DNA of 63,987 bases, the filler included, from Octopus bimaculoides (lineage: Eukaryota): the NCBI RefSeq assembly GCF_001194135.2. It is 5 parts of 3 records of this genome, joined end to end, with 100 filler letters (N's around TTAATTAATTAA, not from the genome) between each part and the next. Parts side by side here need not be neighbours in the genome. Positions count along the whole stretch, not along the records: positions 1 to 25,669 come from NC_068994.1; 4 more parts are not named here. One strand, given 5' to 3'. Below, one piece after another: positions 1 through 13,085 of the stretch. The first letter of the stretch is position 1; each line of letters opens with the position of its first letter. The notes under the pieces are model-generated. The model had not been told where the DNA came from and searched no databases. It saw nothing but the letters and a program-made list of their open reading frames with translations. A program made the position numbers and the translations under genes.

Positions 1-260
1 ATATATATATATATATATATAAAGAGAGAGAGAGAGGGGGGACCAGTCAAGCAGCACATCACGCTGTAATTCTTGGGCTGAGAAATCAACACTTAAAAGC
101 CATAATTTTAAGGAGCGATAAAAATTTTTGAATAAAGGAAAATGGGTAGGGGTGGGTAGGTACCGACAGCGAGTAGATAGGGCTCTTAATTGTAGATTTT
201 AAATATTTGAGAGACAACAATGCATAAATCGTAAATATATATGTATACATATATATTACA

Positions 261-663
261 GGTGCAGGAGTGGCTGTGTGATAAGAAGCTTGCTTCCCAA
301 CCATGTAGTTCCAGGTTCAGTCCCACTGTGTGGCACCTTGGGCAAGTCTCTTCTACCAGAGCTTCAGGCTAACCAAAACCTTGTGAGTGGATTTGGTAGG
401 TAGATGGAAGCTGAAAGGATCCCATCATATATATATATATGTATATATCTCTATGTGTGTGTCTGTTTGTCTTCCCATCACCACTTGACGACTGGTGTCG
501 GTGTGTTTACATCCCCATAACTTGGCAGTTAGCCAAAAGAGTCTAATAGAAAAAGTACCAGGCTTAAAAAATAAGTTCTGGGGACAATTGATTTGACTAA
601 AAATTCAAGGTGGTGCCCCAGCATGGCTGCAGTCTTATGACTGAAACAGGCAAAAGATAAAAG

Positions 664-664
<1 letters not shown>
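261..664 (+). mobile_element. tRNA-derived SINE, family A (full length, internal (AT)/(GT) tract)
   Basis: tRNA-like head (GGAGTGGCTGTGTG...GGTTCAGTCCC), body shared with copies at 36440, 37170 and 63695; ends in ...GAAACAGGCAAAAGATAAAAGA. Confidence 0.85.
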
Positions 665-710
<46 letters not shown>

Positions 711-716
<6 letters not shown>

Positions 717-843
717 AATTTAGAACAAACAGTAAAAGATTGTCATTATAGTTCTTGGAGTTTTGAATGGTGGAGCGAAGAGCTACGATACATTCTCGAG
801 TGCTATAATGACAACCTTTTACTGTTTGTTCTAAATTATAACA
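711..843. repeat. 41-bp inverted repeat with 51-bp spacer (small MITE/hairpin)
   Basis: 711-751 is the reverse complement of 803-843 with one mismatch. Confidence 0.85.
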
Positions 844-904
844 TATATAAATAATCCTTTGTATCATTCTTTTGTTGTTTCATTTTATTATTATTATAAT
901 ATAT

Positions 905-1690
905 ATATAACTGAGGCCATCATTGTCTCTGCAGATAAAATGACTTGGCCTTCTTTGAAGCAGGTGATGTGGGGCGTTTCCACTGCATGGATTGTCTCTT
1001 TGTCTTTGGCTCAAAGTGATGAACCCAACACTCAACCTTGTTTAGAAAATGTTCAAGGAAACCAGCTGGATGTGCTCAAACAACATGAGATTTTCCTGTG
1101 ATGTGGTCAGCTTGGTATGCTTTTGATCAGGTGTCAAAAGATGTGGTACCCACCGAGCATAAAACTTTCATCATGCCAAGTTCATTGTGCAGAATATTCT
1201 CAGCCCTCTCACTGGATATGTTAATAGCATTGGCTATTTGATTTATAGTCGATTGCCTGTCATCCATCACCATGTGGTGAACATGATCAATGTTTTCCTT
1301 GGTGGTGGCAGCTGCAGGACGTCCAGGCCTTGAGTCATCTTCAGCAATCTCTCTTCCTGTCCCAAATTCAGCTGCCCACTATTTCTCTGTTGTTAAAACT
1401 GGAGCATCATCTCCTAATGTAACAACCACATCAGCATGAATGTTGTTTGGAATTAAACCATTTTTCTGCAGGTACTAGATGACACCATGATGCTAAATTT
1501 TGTCCATTTCCAAGAGGAGTCACTGTTAGTTACTTTCAAAGTTTTCTTTGAACAGTCACATCTCAGCTTGGCTGGAAAGAAACAAATCAGTTATTAATTA
1601 GCAGTTATTAATGCCTGCAAGATTCCACAGCTCTAGTATCACTCCTTCATAGTCAGCCTATGAAATTTTCAGCCCACACTTGCATACTAA
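905..1690 (-). mobile_element. Degenerate mariner transposon, 3'-truncated
   Basis: ATG at 1507. Minus-strand translation across stops/frameshifts: MDKI*HHGVI*YLQKNG..WAAEF..EDDSRPGRPAAATTKENIDHVHHMVMDDR..ECWVHHFEPKTKRQSMQWK, i.e. mariner HTH plus first catalytic region; TIR-like end near 1690. Confidence 0.85.
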
Positions 1691-2051
1691 TGTACATGCA
1701 AGTTCATATATGCAGTGATATTTATGTAAACCCATACATTTATACAAAAAAGAGGCCCATGTTCTACTTTGATTTAGTCATTACTATCTTTATATGTGTA
1801 TATAAATGCTAACCGCTTTACAGTGCGTATTGGGTGCTTTTTTTATGTTACCAGCACTGAAGTTGCATGCAGCTTGCATGTCTATAAACTCCAAAAAGAG
1901 TGGCTTTATGCTGAGAGAAGTTAAGGTATGATAGAAGGGGCCAGAGCAGAACAGGTTTCTTGTTGTAGAGGAGTCACATGACTTTGGGGTGATTGAAGGG
2001 AGTGTAAGAGTAGGCAGCAATTCACTTTCATAGTCCTCTGAATATCTAGAC

Positions 2052-2462
2052 CAGTGTCTCTCAACTTTTTTACTCTTGCGTAAACCTTAAAATAAATTAC
2101 ATGTCTCAAGGAACCCCTGCACAAAAAAAAAATTATATACCATATCTTTCTCATATTTTTTCATCGTAGTCCACATGGTAAATATTATATATANNNNNNN
2201 NNNNNNNNNNNNNNNNNNNNNNNNNNNNNNNNNNATATATATATTTATATATATATGGTTGTTATAGTTTTTTGATAACATAATAGGTTAGATAGGATGA
2301 TGTCTATATTACAATATTACAATAACCAATAATATGTTGTGCAGGTATAGTAATATTACAATCATGAAATTAGCATTAGCTTATCTCACTCTTTCTCGCA
2401 GAAACCCTAGGAGCCTTTTGTGGAACCCTAAGGTTCTGGAGAACCCCAGTTGAGAAACGTTG
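2052..2462. mobile_element. Non-autonomous hAT (Charlie-type) MITE
   Basis: TIRs CAGTGTCTCTCAAC / GTTGAGAAACGTTG; 8-bp TSD ATCTAGAC (2044-2051) vs ATCTAGAT (2463-2470), matching the NTCTAGAN target preference of Charlie-type hATs; contains an N gap. Confidence 0.8.
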
Positions 2463-2469
2463 ATCTAGA

Positions 2470-2720
2470 TATAAATGTGTATGTGTGCATATATACAGTA
2501 AATGTGTAGTGTGCATATACACAGTAAATGTGTGTGTGTGCATATATGCAGTAAATGTGTATATGCACATATACACAGTAAATGTGTGTGTGCATATGCA
2601 CAGTAAATGTGTATGCACACATATATACAGTAAATTGTATGTGTGCATATACACACTAAATGTATGTATGTGCATATATACAGTAAATGTGTGTGTGTAA
2701 GTAAGTATGTATGTGTATAG
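2470..2720. repeat. Minisatellite, ~22-26-bp unit (ATATACAGTAAATGTGTGTGTGCAT)
   Basis: About ten tandem variant units visible. Confidence 0.85.
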
Positions 2721-3429
2721 TCAGTCAGCTAGATATATAGATAGATAGGTGTATGGGTGATATCCACCTACCCCAATACACTTCTGTTATGTAAATGTAG
2801 ACATATATGTTGTGTGTGTGTGTGTGTGTTAATTTATGGATTGTGTGTCTATGAAGCTGTCTATATCTGCCTCTTTCATTCATTAAAAGTTTTGCTTAGT
2901 CAATTTACTCTTATCTATGATGAGTTATAACCCCTGTTAATATCAACTAGTTCTGCTTTCATGACTTTGATATACTAATCCGACAGATAATTTTATATCA
3001 CCTTTTGCATGTGACCCCTTTAAACTCAAATCAGACTCTACATGTACCTGCCTTTCAAACTTCTGGACTGTAAATATCTATCACTAAACACCATTCTTCA
3101 CCTCTTATAACACTTCTGATGAAGCAACATGTGCGAAAAAGATTAGATAAGTTAATTTTGCATATTCATTGTGTAATCAATTGTTACTGAAACATGTATA
3201 AGGATGTTATATGTAAATAGTTTCACACTATATTTTCCTGTCTTGTACTTTTTCTCTGTACTCTATAATCATTACAGCAAACAAATCTGTAATATGGAAT
3301 TATTTATATAACATGATTTTTCTTCTTAGGCATCTATTTTTGAATGTAATGGAACATATGGAAAACCAACACAATGGCTGTATGTCATATTCTATCTGTC
3401 TGTCTACATATGTATGTGGATATGAAGCT

Positions 3430-3860
3430 AACCTTCATAGGTGGCTGATGCACAGGGGCATAAGCCTGAAGAGCATATGGAAAATAGATTTTCTCAATTG
3501 CCCATAAGGCTCATTAGAAGTAGTCAGTAGTTTGTTACATAGGTGACTTAATAAGCAATAGTGGGTGGTCTGAAAGCATAGTAGCTCAAGTAAGAATGGA
3601 TTTGGAAAAGTTCAGTGAGTTACTATCTTTGTTAGTAATGAAGGGCCTTTCTCTCAGAGTGAGAGACAGATTGTTTGGAACTTGTGCACAAAGTGTGGTA
3701 GTTAACACATTAGCCTTGAATGCAGGAAATTTGCATAGAAGATTAGAAAGAAATGAAGTAAGAATGTTTCATTGAATGTGTAATGATAATGTGTATGAAA
3801 GACAGAGTACAAATGACCCAAGGTAAAACTATATATGGGAGGAATCAAATTTAGTAAGTC
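3430..3860 (+). mobile_element. Old RTE LINE fragment interrupted by the Gypsy element
   Basis: Degenerate match to the RTE at 21400-21550 and RLERNEVRMFH*MC (cf. RLERNEASMICW at 23990); RTE-like sequence GCTGTGAAAGAAGAAGACT appears to resume at 7459. Confidence 0.65.
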
Positions 3861-3863
3861 TTG

Positions 3864-3970
3864 TGCGTGGGAAATGAAAAGAGGTTCACCTACCTTCCTC
3901 TCTTGTCATCACCCGTCTAGTAGTAATCTCCCCAGTGATCCTGCCCTACCCTTGTCACCCAGTATAAGCA
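3864..3970 (-). repeat. Putative 3' LTR (107 bp)
   Basis: Direct repeat of 7353-7458. Confidence 0.75.
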
Positions 3971-6900
3971 GTTGCTATCTAACCAACCCAGGAGCGAATT
4001 CCCTGAAGTCTGTTCACGATGCCTCTGGCAGGCAAGAAGAGGCTGACCCTTGTCTCTCTCCCCTCCACTTTCCCTCTTGCACTCCCTCTTCTGGGTCAGT
4101 CCCTTGAACATTGACCCTCTTCTTCTGGCTCATCCCCCACACGCACCCCTGGTTTCAAAGATCACTCCCTCACTTCACTCCATGTCAAAATCTACTACCT
4201 ACCTGGGTGGGTGTCTTGCATGTTGTGATCTTCTTAAGCTGGGAACCTCATTCTCTTCTTCTTCTCCACAATCATCATCCAACGAAGTGACAATCCTATG
4301 AACATCTACGACATGATTGTTTGATGATGTCTCACCACGATCCCATTTCCACTTGGCCTCTATGCTGCTCTGAAACAGCAGTGCACTTTCCACCTGTCAA
4401 GCATCTCCTTCAGCATCTCTGAACGAAACAGTGTGCTGTTGTCCTTCAGCAATTTGTCCACAGGGCCCCACTCTAAGAATACCTCATTTAGAATCCATGC
4501 CATCTCGTCCACAGTGCCTGCCCTCAATTCCCTCCAAACGGCCTTCCAGCCTGGCTCACAGCCGACCATCGAGAGATACGTCTCCTGCTAGTAGTGTGTT
4601 ACATCCACTGCTAGTTGTCTCCAGTTGTGCTCTACTGAAATGTTTCCCTGCTCATGCAAACCCAGAGCATGGTAGATGGATTGACCCCTATCGCAGTTCC
4701 CGACCACCTTTTGGATGCTCTGTCTGGTAACGCCAGCATCAATCCTCCAGGCAAGATATAGGGCCCTATCCATGCCCATATGATGCATGGCATGCAATCT
4801 CTTTAGTTTGGAATCATTTAACCGACACACCACAGCTACCCCTTGCTTCGATTCTTCCTGCTCCCCTAACTAGGACTTTTTCAACCTTGTTAGAACGTCT
4901 ACCTTGTTTCTCTCAGAAGGCATAAAGACCACATTCAGCATCAGGCCAAACTTGCCAATCAACTCTCCTAGAACCCCTAGGCAGTGCTTCACTAACATTT
5001 TCGGAGCGCCTTTGGTTTGCACCCTCTTCTCGTTAGTGATCACCGATCCTATCTAGCCAAGCATGGTGGCCAAATCCGTCTGGATTTCAATGGAGCACAG
5101 CCCTCATTTCAAGGCCAGATTCACTCCCTTCAGCACTGTATCCAACCCAGCAACATTGATGTGGTTGTAGTTGTCTGCTTCTTGAAGCCAGGCCACATCT
5201 TCCACTTTGGCACCTCTGATTTCCAACACACCTTATCATGATGTTGCTAGCATCACACCATATGGTCCCGTTATCCGATTTGGGCACATAGCAGTTCCCT
5301 CTGACTGGGTCTTCTGCCCTCGTCCTCCATAGGATTTCCTGCATCATCGCCACTGTCCCCTCTCCCACCTTGTCACTCCAGTTCTCCCCATCTTCTAGTC
5401 TCCTTGTATAACTGCATGGCGTATGCCATCACCCCATGATCGATTAGTGATCTATTAATTTCCCACACATCAAGAACAGTTTTCTCCTGCTGACATTGGT
5501 ACCCAGCTTGGGATCTCATTCCCCTACACAACACCAAAACACCTGTTCTGTTTCTCTGAAGCTTAAGCCCAAATGCAGCTCTTCCAGCCATTGGCTCCAG
5601 TGGCTTCGCAATCAGCCCGAATTTCTTAAGATGTCTCACAACCTCTGTGGCAGGCACTACAGAATCATCCACTAGGATGTCATCTATATAGGAATTAGTG
5701 GCCCTTCTTATCCTATCCACCTTTCCCAGGATGGACTTGAGCACTGTTGCCATGATCTTCGGTACAGAATTCAGTTCAAAACCCAGCCTTGTCAGATGAT
5801 ATGTCCAGCCGTTGTATCGCACCAGCTGGTACTGCCACAGTTTGTCACACACATGGAGCTGTAAATATGCCGACTTCAAGTTGACGATCATCACTGTCTT
5901 AGTTGACTGTCTTCATACATGCAGTGTCTCTTGCCAACTGTGTGGCACAATACATGGCCATTCATCACCTGAAAGTCCAGTACCGATCTGACTTTGCCCT
6001 TTGTTGGCTGCACCAGTGCCATTAGAGGTAGCACTCTGCTCACTACCTACTTCCATGGGATAAGGACACCTTCCTTAATCCACCTCTCTATCTCTTCTTC
6101 AAACTTGCTCCTGGCATGTCCTTTCAGGGTATGCTAGTAGAAGCTCATCCTGTTCTTCAGTGTTGGAGGCTCCTCTTTCCAGCACCACTCTATCATCCAC
6201 CGCTGACCATCGAACGTTGCCCGAAAATCCTTGTCTTCAATGGTGTAGGCAGTGCAGCTCCTTGCGGAGCTCTGTTCCCACTCATATTCCTGACTCAGAG
6301 CACACAACGCCCCCATGGTACCAAATGAAATCACGTCTCCTCCAGTACTGACAAATCCAAGGCGGTCAAGCATGTCCATTACCACATCAATCCCATTTAC
6401 CACTTGGCCGATCACAATCACCCACAGCCTAAGCATTGTGCCTCGCATCACTATCTCCATGTTGTTGCTATCCTTGCATTCAATTTTGCTGCTGTCGACC
6501 ACCCGAACACTACTCATTCCCTTCTATTTCTTTGTCACCCTTGGGGTCACAAGAGTCATTGTGCAGCCCATGTCCGCGAGGGCCTTGAACATGTTTCCTC
6601 CAACCACGATCTTAACTATAGGCAGTGACTTCACCAATGCCTCTACTCATTCGTGGGGGAAGTTTGAGAGGCAGTAACTTCCCCATGGCCTTTTTTTCAG
6701 GTGATATGCCCAGTCTATTTTTCAGATGATATGCCCAGTCTGTTTGCACTGGTAGTAAACCAGTCCAGGCTCTGCACAGTCTCTAGCACTTAAAACACTG
6801 GCCTATGAACAGCTGCTGTCGTTCTGCAGCAGGCCCCTTTTTGTCTTTCACTGGCTGTCATGGGCTTCTGCAGCCGCCATCACCCCTGCTTTCCGTCTGG

Positions 6901-7352
6901 TGTTTTGTTGCCACCTGGCAATTGTTGTAGTTGCACTGACATGTCATCAGGAAAGCCATTCATGAAGGCCAGTCATGCTACCTTCTCCAGTCCCTCTCCA
7001 GTGCGACTAGACAGCGCAACCAGCCTCCGTACTTCCTCAGCATATTCGTCAACCTGTTCCCCAGTCCATCTGACCATTCCCAGTTTAGCAAAAGCGGTGA
7101 ACTCTCCCTCTGTGTAAGCTTCTCTTAAGTGCTGCTCAATCTTTGCTATGCTCAGTTATTCTTCTTCATCCACTTCGGGATACAATGCCAGCACACTCCC
7201 CTCCAAATACAGCACCATGAGGCTTGCTACATCTTGACCTTTCAAATCCAGACTACTACGTCTCCTTTGATCACTGCCAATCCTTATCTTCACTGCCATC
7301 ATATATTAAGGGGACAATGGCATCTGTATACAATTGCCGAAATAGCTTGTCA

Positions 7353-7458
7353 TGCATGGGAAATGAAAAGAGGTTCACCTACCTTCCTCTCTCGTCTTTG
7401 CCTGTCTAGTAGTAATCTCTCCAGCGATCCTGCCCTAACCTGTCACCCAGTATAAGCA
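7353..7458 (-). repeat. Putative 5' LTR (106 bp)
   Basis: Direct repeat of 3864-3970. Confidence 0.75.
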
Positions 7459-7999
7459 GCTGTGAAAGAAGAAGACTAGATAGACAATGAATGAAGCAGC
7501 GAAAACTGACCTCATAATGCTACACCTCACAAAACAGATAAAAATGGGCTGCAACAAGTGGCAACAAGCAGAGCTGGAGAAAGCCAGCACTCTTGTGCCA
7601 GTATAGCAGGTAAATTTTAAAAAAAGGGATAGTGAGAATGACTGAGATGTACTTCTGCATCAATCCTCTGCCTCACCCACCTCAATGATACCCTGCTGCC
7701 TCTCTTTCTTTCATTAACTCTTTCCTCCTTGGTTTCTCCGTTGCCTTGACATCCTCTTGTCTCCCCTCTTTGGTCCCTTCTACCTCTCTTTTTTCCACTG
7801 ACTCTCTCCTCTCAACTTCTCCAACCCCTTTTCACCTTCATCCCTTTTTAATGCCCATCTCCACCTCCTCCTCTAAACAGTTTCACTCCTATATGCTGGG
7901 ATAGCACTAGATCATCCATTATTCAACTCACCCCATCATCCTTATCGTTCTCTCGTGTCAAAACTGAGGTATCTGAGTAAGACATAGTCTTCTGATGCA

Positions 8000-8370
8000 G
8001 CTAAGAGGCAAGTAACTGCAGAAAAAATTGACTTGGATCTTGTTGAACCATCCAATCCAAGTCAGCACAGAAAAATGGATATAAAATGATGATTATGATG
8101 CATGCACACATGCATGTGCACACACACATATGCATGCACATATGTATGCATGCATGTATGTATCATCACCATCATCATTTAATATCCATGTTCCATGCTG
8201 GCATGGGTTGGATGGTTTGATAGGATCCAATAGGTCCATGGACTATATCATGCTACAGTGTCTGCTTTGGCATGGTTTATATGGCTGGATGCCCTTTCTA
8301 ATGCCAAGCACTTTACAGTGTGTACTGGGTGATTTTCTTGTACCATCTGCACTATTGAGGTTGCCATATA
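8000..8370. mobile_element. Two opposed RTE 3'-end fragments with (ATG/CAT)n tails
   Basis: Match to the CATCATCAT..TTTAA..TCC..TTCCATGCTGGCATGGGTTGGA..GCTGGATGCCCTT terminus seen at 20400 and 62790. Confidence 0.7.
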
Positions 8371-8528
8371 TATAAAACGAATGAGGGAAACTGAAAATGG
8401 AATTTGTAAAAATCTTTATTCAATGCAATGATCATTTTGACCCATTCTGCATCTGTCCCTTGCAGATGGAATATTGTATAAGTAGTTGTGTTGCATCCAC
8501 CAATGCAGAATGCATCTTGTTGGGTGTC

Positions 8529-8728
8529 TCATTTTGAATAAAATATTTTGTTAAATATACTCAGTTTTGCTTGGCATGTTGTGGCGACAACAACATGTGT
8601 TGTGTTGAATAAAGATTCTTGCAAGCTTAATTTTCTGTTTCCTTCATTCATTATAAACTCAACAAACACTGGAATTCCTGAAGTAGATCCAGTGACACAT
8701 ATCAAAACTGTGGATGATATCAGGTAGC
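8529..8728 (-). CDS. Candidate coding exon of unknown minus-strand gene
   Basis: Acceptor CTTTCACTGTTTAG; one frame open for 65 codons to TGA (YLISSTVLICVTGSTSGIPVFVEFIMNEGNRKLSLQESLFNTTHVVV..); no family recognised. Confidence 0.3.
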
Positions 8729-8829
8729 CTAAACAGTGAAAGTGCTTTAATCGCCATACTACTAACCATAGACCCAAGGTTCAAATACTTACACACATAC
8801 ATGACTATAGACACAAGAAATTTGTTTTC

Positions 8830-9150
8830 CAGTCACATGATTCTGGGTTCAGTGCCATTGTGTGACATCTTCAATTAGCCCTAGGCCTTATGAGTAGATT
8901 TGGAAGACAGAAATTGAAAGAATCCTATTGTATTTGTATATATGAATGGGAGTATACATGTATGTTTGTGTCTCCTTGTCTTGATGTCTAGATGCCATGT
9001 GATAATTGTAGATAAGTATCACTGTCATACAAGCAGTGTCCTTAATTTCCAATATTCTGTGAAAACATACATGGCCATGGGAAAATGTTACCTACCTTGG
9101 AAACAGGTGAAGGTTGGCAACAGGAAGGACACCTGACTGTAGAAAATCTG
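8830..9150 (+). mobile_element. Degenerate family-A-type SINE with RTE-like tail
   Basis: CACATGATTCTGGGTTCAGT head; GAAGGTTGGCAACAGGAAGGAC..CTGTAGAAAATCTGCC tail. Confidence 0.6.
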
Positions 9151-9508
9151 CCTGTTACATATCAAACTATTTACAGACATGTGCTCGTGCAGTTTACACA
9201 CTTGCACCCCACCATACTAGTGAACATTTCCCATTGCATTTCTCAGGCCCGGCAGTGTGGGAAGAAGTTTGCTTCCCAGCCACAGGGTTCTGACTTCAGT
9301 CCCACTGTGACACCTTGGGCAAGTACCTCAGAAAGAAGGTTGTTGATATATATATNNNNNNNNNNNNNNNNNNNNNNNNNNNNNNNNNNNNNNNNNNNNN
9401 NNNNNNNNNNNNNNNNNNNNNNNNNNNNNNNNNNNNNNNNNNNNNNNNNNNNNNNNNNNNNNNNNNNNNNNNNNNNNNNNNNNNNNNNNNNNNNNNNNNN
9501 NNNNTATG

Positions 9509-9539
<31 letters not shown>

Positions 9540-9934
9540 CGAGATAGATATTCAAGTATGAATGAGAAGTAGCCCAAGGGATATAAAAAATATCAGACAC
9601 ATACACAAGGTATGTGTTTTGCCAGTTGATAGGCAGGCTGTTTATAAGCATAAGAGAATATATTCTCATCAATTCACCTGGTGTTAAAACACCTGAAAGT
9701 TATAAAAAAGTGAAATAACTCACATCAGGTGCTGTTTGTAGAAGAACAACCGTGTGAACTAAAGGAGAATTGTGACGTGTGGAAGACACAAAAACATGTA
9801 ATATGACATAAGAGGGCTCACCTGTGAGATGCGAGGAAGTACCAGCAAGGACAGAGAGAGTGATGAGAGACAGACACAACCGTTAGATGTAAGAGATTTA
9901 TGTATGAAAGTTTGTCCATTTTCAAGCGAAATCA

Positions 9935-10022
9935 CTATTAGTTACTTTTGAAATCTTCTTTGAACAGTCAGATGTCAGTTTAGCAGGAAAGAAACAATAC
10001 AGTTATTAATTTTTATTAATAT
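9935..10022 (-). mobile_element. Fragment of the same mariner family as 905-1690
   Basis: Similar to 1528-1612 (AGTTACTTT..TTCTTTGAACAGTCA..GGAAAGAAACAA..CAGTTATTAATT). Confidence 0.65.
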
Positions 10023-10774
10023 GGTTGACTCATGAACCAAGATAGGAAGAAACTTCTATTTTTCAGTTTACTACAAAAAACAAAACAAAAACCTCTTTAG
10101 TGCCATGTGGCTTGTCATCAATATGTCAACTATTATATTGTTTGAAAGTGGAACATTTTTAATTATACTTGTACTTCTCCCACAATAATTATACACACTA
10201 ACTTTATTTGATTTCCATTAGCAGTGCAATTTCCCTTTTCTGTGTAATAATTTCAGCAAACAAATAATTTACTTTAGAAGCCTTTTCATTGATATTGACT
10301 CTACTTACAAAAGCTCTACCCTGTTTACTTTAGATTCCAACAACCTTTAACATTAAACAGTGCTTTTATTTTTCATAAACTGTAATTTATCATGAACTCT
10401 TTTTTCAGTTTTGCTAGAACAGTTACTGCATTTGACAGTTGTTTGCCACTGACAAGGCACAATAGAATAGGACAGTGGATCACAGACCAAATAAAGCCCA
10501 TCTATAAGTACCTGCCAATGTATAAACAGACAGTTTTGTGTTCATTTTTGCATTAGTACAATGGAATTTATCAATAGATTTTCTTTTGCTATTCTTCATC
10601 TCAATTCTCATTTTCAGAATTTTCTGGATGCACATAATTCAAAAACTTGCCACATATCTTTCAAAGAAATATAGAAGAGAAGATAAATAATACTTAAACC
10701 AATAAAACTGAAACAATGACAAACAGAATTAACCTTGGCGCTTTGGAGATGAGAGAGAGAGAAAGGGAGAGAGA

Positions 10775-10817
<43 letters not shown>

Positions 10818-11221
10818 GAGAGAAAGGGAGAGAGAGAGGGAAAGAGGGTGAGAGAAAACAATAAGTAAAACCTTTTTCTACTGTAACAAAAATAGACACA
10901 TTGCAAACTTTTCATAAACATAAATGTGCTCATTAACGAAATGATGAGTAAAACAAAATAATGTGAATAAATAGGGAACTGTAGCAGAATGCCAGAAAAC
11001 AGACAAGGCTTATGAAAATAGGTCTGTATGGATATGCATTTATATGCATGTATGGTTAGTGGAAAAGGTTTAGTTGATGAGCTGAGGGTAGTTTAAACAA
11101 GATCAAATACTGGCACAAGCTGTATGAGCTCCACCTAGGGGTTTAATTTTGACACCATTTTATTAATTTTCAAATACTTCTAGATTGCTTTCTTATGATT
11201 GCGTGGGTGCAAATGGAAATC

Positions 11222-11262
<41 letters not shown>

Positions 11263-11399
11263 GATAGAAAAACTATTAGTTCTAAATCTCTGAATGACAG
11301 ACATGCAGCAACAGTACTTTAGAGTAAAGTTTATATACCAACGTAAAGTTCTGATATATATATATATATATATACATATGCATGTGTGTACATAATGTA

Positions 11400-13085
11400 C
11401 ACTTAAAGATAGGCTTAGATAAACATACAACATGCAAGATACATCTCCAGAATGACCTGGAGCACATCATCAATGAAGTAACCTAGAGTCATCAGGTATT
11501 TTGGATGTTGCAACATCAGATACCCCTTGTTCAAGTAATCTAGCTTTGGCTGGATCAGTCTCAGCAGTAACTGTCCATAGTTTAGTCTTCTTAATCCAAA
11601 GCTGGTGGCTTTTTCTACAGCTTCACTTGCAGACTGAATGGCATTCATCATTGTCACTTCTGCAAAGCTCTAGCAGTAGAGGTCTTTGTAGAGTGAGCAT
11701 TCTACAAAACATCTGCACACCACATCTAAAAAGGCTCATAATGTTTTCCAGTCTCTGTTCTGGCCCTTTGTTACTAGTTTGTGATACTTCTTATGTTTCA
11801 TCTAGTCAGCCTTGTCAGTATACTCCTATAAGGGTATTAAGCTCCAGTATGATCATGTATTTTATTACTTCAGTGGTAATGATCATGTCTGACTGTGCTG
11901 TGGATACTTCATCTGTTTGCCAAAATAAACATGTTGGTACTTGTCAGAGACTGTACAGAGGAGGCCCACCTTTGTTCTTTGGTTGTAGATTTTGCTCCAG
12001 CTTTGACAAATCTAATTGCCTTCTTTGGGGTGTAGTGCTGTTTATTTGTGCTGATGGATGTGACTAATCTCTCAGCAATTGCATTGAGCACATGATCATG
12101 GCACCAATGATAGCAACCTTCTTGAGCAGCTACTGAGAAGATATTTGAAGGTTCCTCTTTCAGAGAAAAGTAGTCAAGATGGTGTTGCTCTTGCCCTAGG
12201 TACAAAGATTAACAAGACTTAGCAAGGAATCATAGACAGCCTAGACAAGGAACTGAGGATGAAGGAAGTCTGCCTATTATAATGTTTCACCAAATGAACT
12301 TGCAGCATTGCTGCACACTCTCACACTTTTGCCCTTGCTCCTTGATGCCTAAAGCCCATGATTCTACTCATTTGCTATTCCTCTACATCTACTCAGACTT
12401 TCTCCTGAATGAGACGTTGTCTCTCTTTGTCCTGGCTATTGCCAAGTTCAATCTGCCAGTTACCAAGATTTCTATCAGCTCCTTTTGTCTCTGCCATTTA
12501 CACAACTTTCTCTGCTCTCTATTTCCACCATGTTCTTTCCCTGATTGCCTGTTGATGACACCTTATGATCCTTGGAGTCACAATATTGTAACACTCTCTT
12601 GTATGCATTACCTTGAATTCTTCAATGAGACTGTTGAATAGGAGCTATAAGTTGTTACTGGTTCCATATATAGTTACATAGCTGTGAAACCCCAGCTACT
12701 TGTAAAAGAATCCACTGAGCTTCCTTTTGTGGGATTCTATTGTTGTTAATGGAACTGTGTAGACCAGTTGAAGACCACAGAACTTGGGGTAGGGTAGAAT
12801 GCTAGTAGTCCTTTAAAAGATTTATTTGCTAAAAATAAAACATTTATAATTCCAAAGCTTCCCTCCATCTCATACATATGCAAACTACTTAACTTTTCAT
12901 AGAGATGGAATCTGCATGCAAACTAGACACTCCATGCCAGATTTACTTCTCTTTTAGTAATACTAATGAAAGGGCCTTGCATTAAATCCTCTTTACTCAG
13001 GAACATCTCATAACCAATGCTATTGCTGGGGTCTTGCAATTCCTGAGCGGTTTTTAAGGCAACTACATATCTATATCATTGCAAA
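11400..13085 (-). mobile_element. Degenerate Hero-like non-LTR retrotransposon (C-terminal region with restriction-like endonuclease)
   Basis: CYHWCHDHVLNAIAE (cf. RYxWRHDQVL after a CCHC motif), SDMIITTE..MIILEL (PD..E), NAIQSASEAVEKAT..LWIK. Confidence 0.75.

Larger units (their letters stand above)
3864..7458 (-). mobile_element. Ty3/Gypsy LTR retrotransposon, near full length, inactivated
   Basis: Direct repeats 3864-3970 and 7353-7458 (TG...CA, about 10 differences). Internal order: gag with decayed zinc knuckle (YYQCKQTGH), protease (ALADMGCTMTLV), RT (LTRLGFELN, YIDD), RNase H (WCDAS, HINVAGLD), integrase (HAMHHMG..C, LAVDVTHY); many stops/frameshifts. Confidence 0.92.

Noticed and set aside
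9680-9900. Possible solo LTR
   Set aside because: No second copy, TSD or clear TG..CA boundaries could be established
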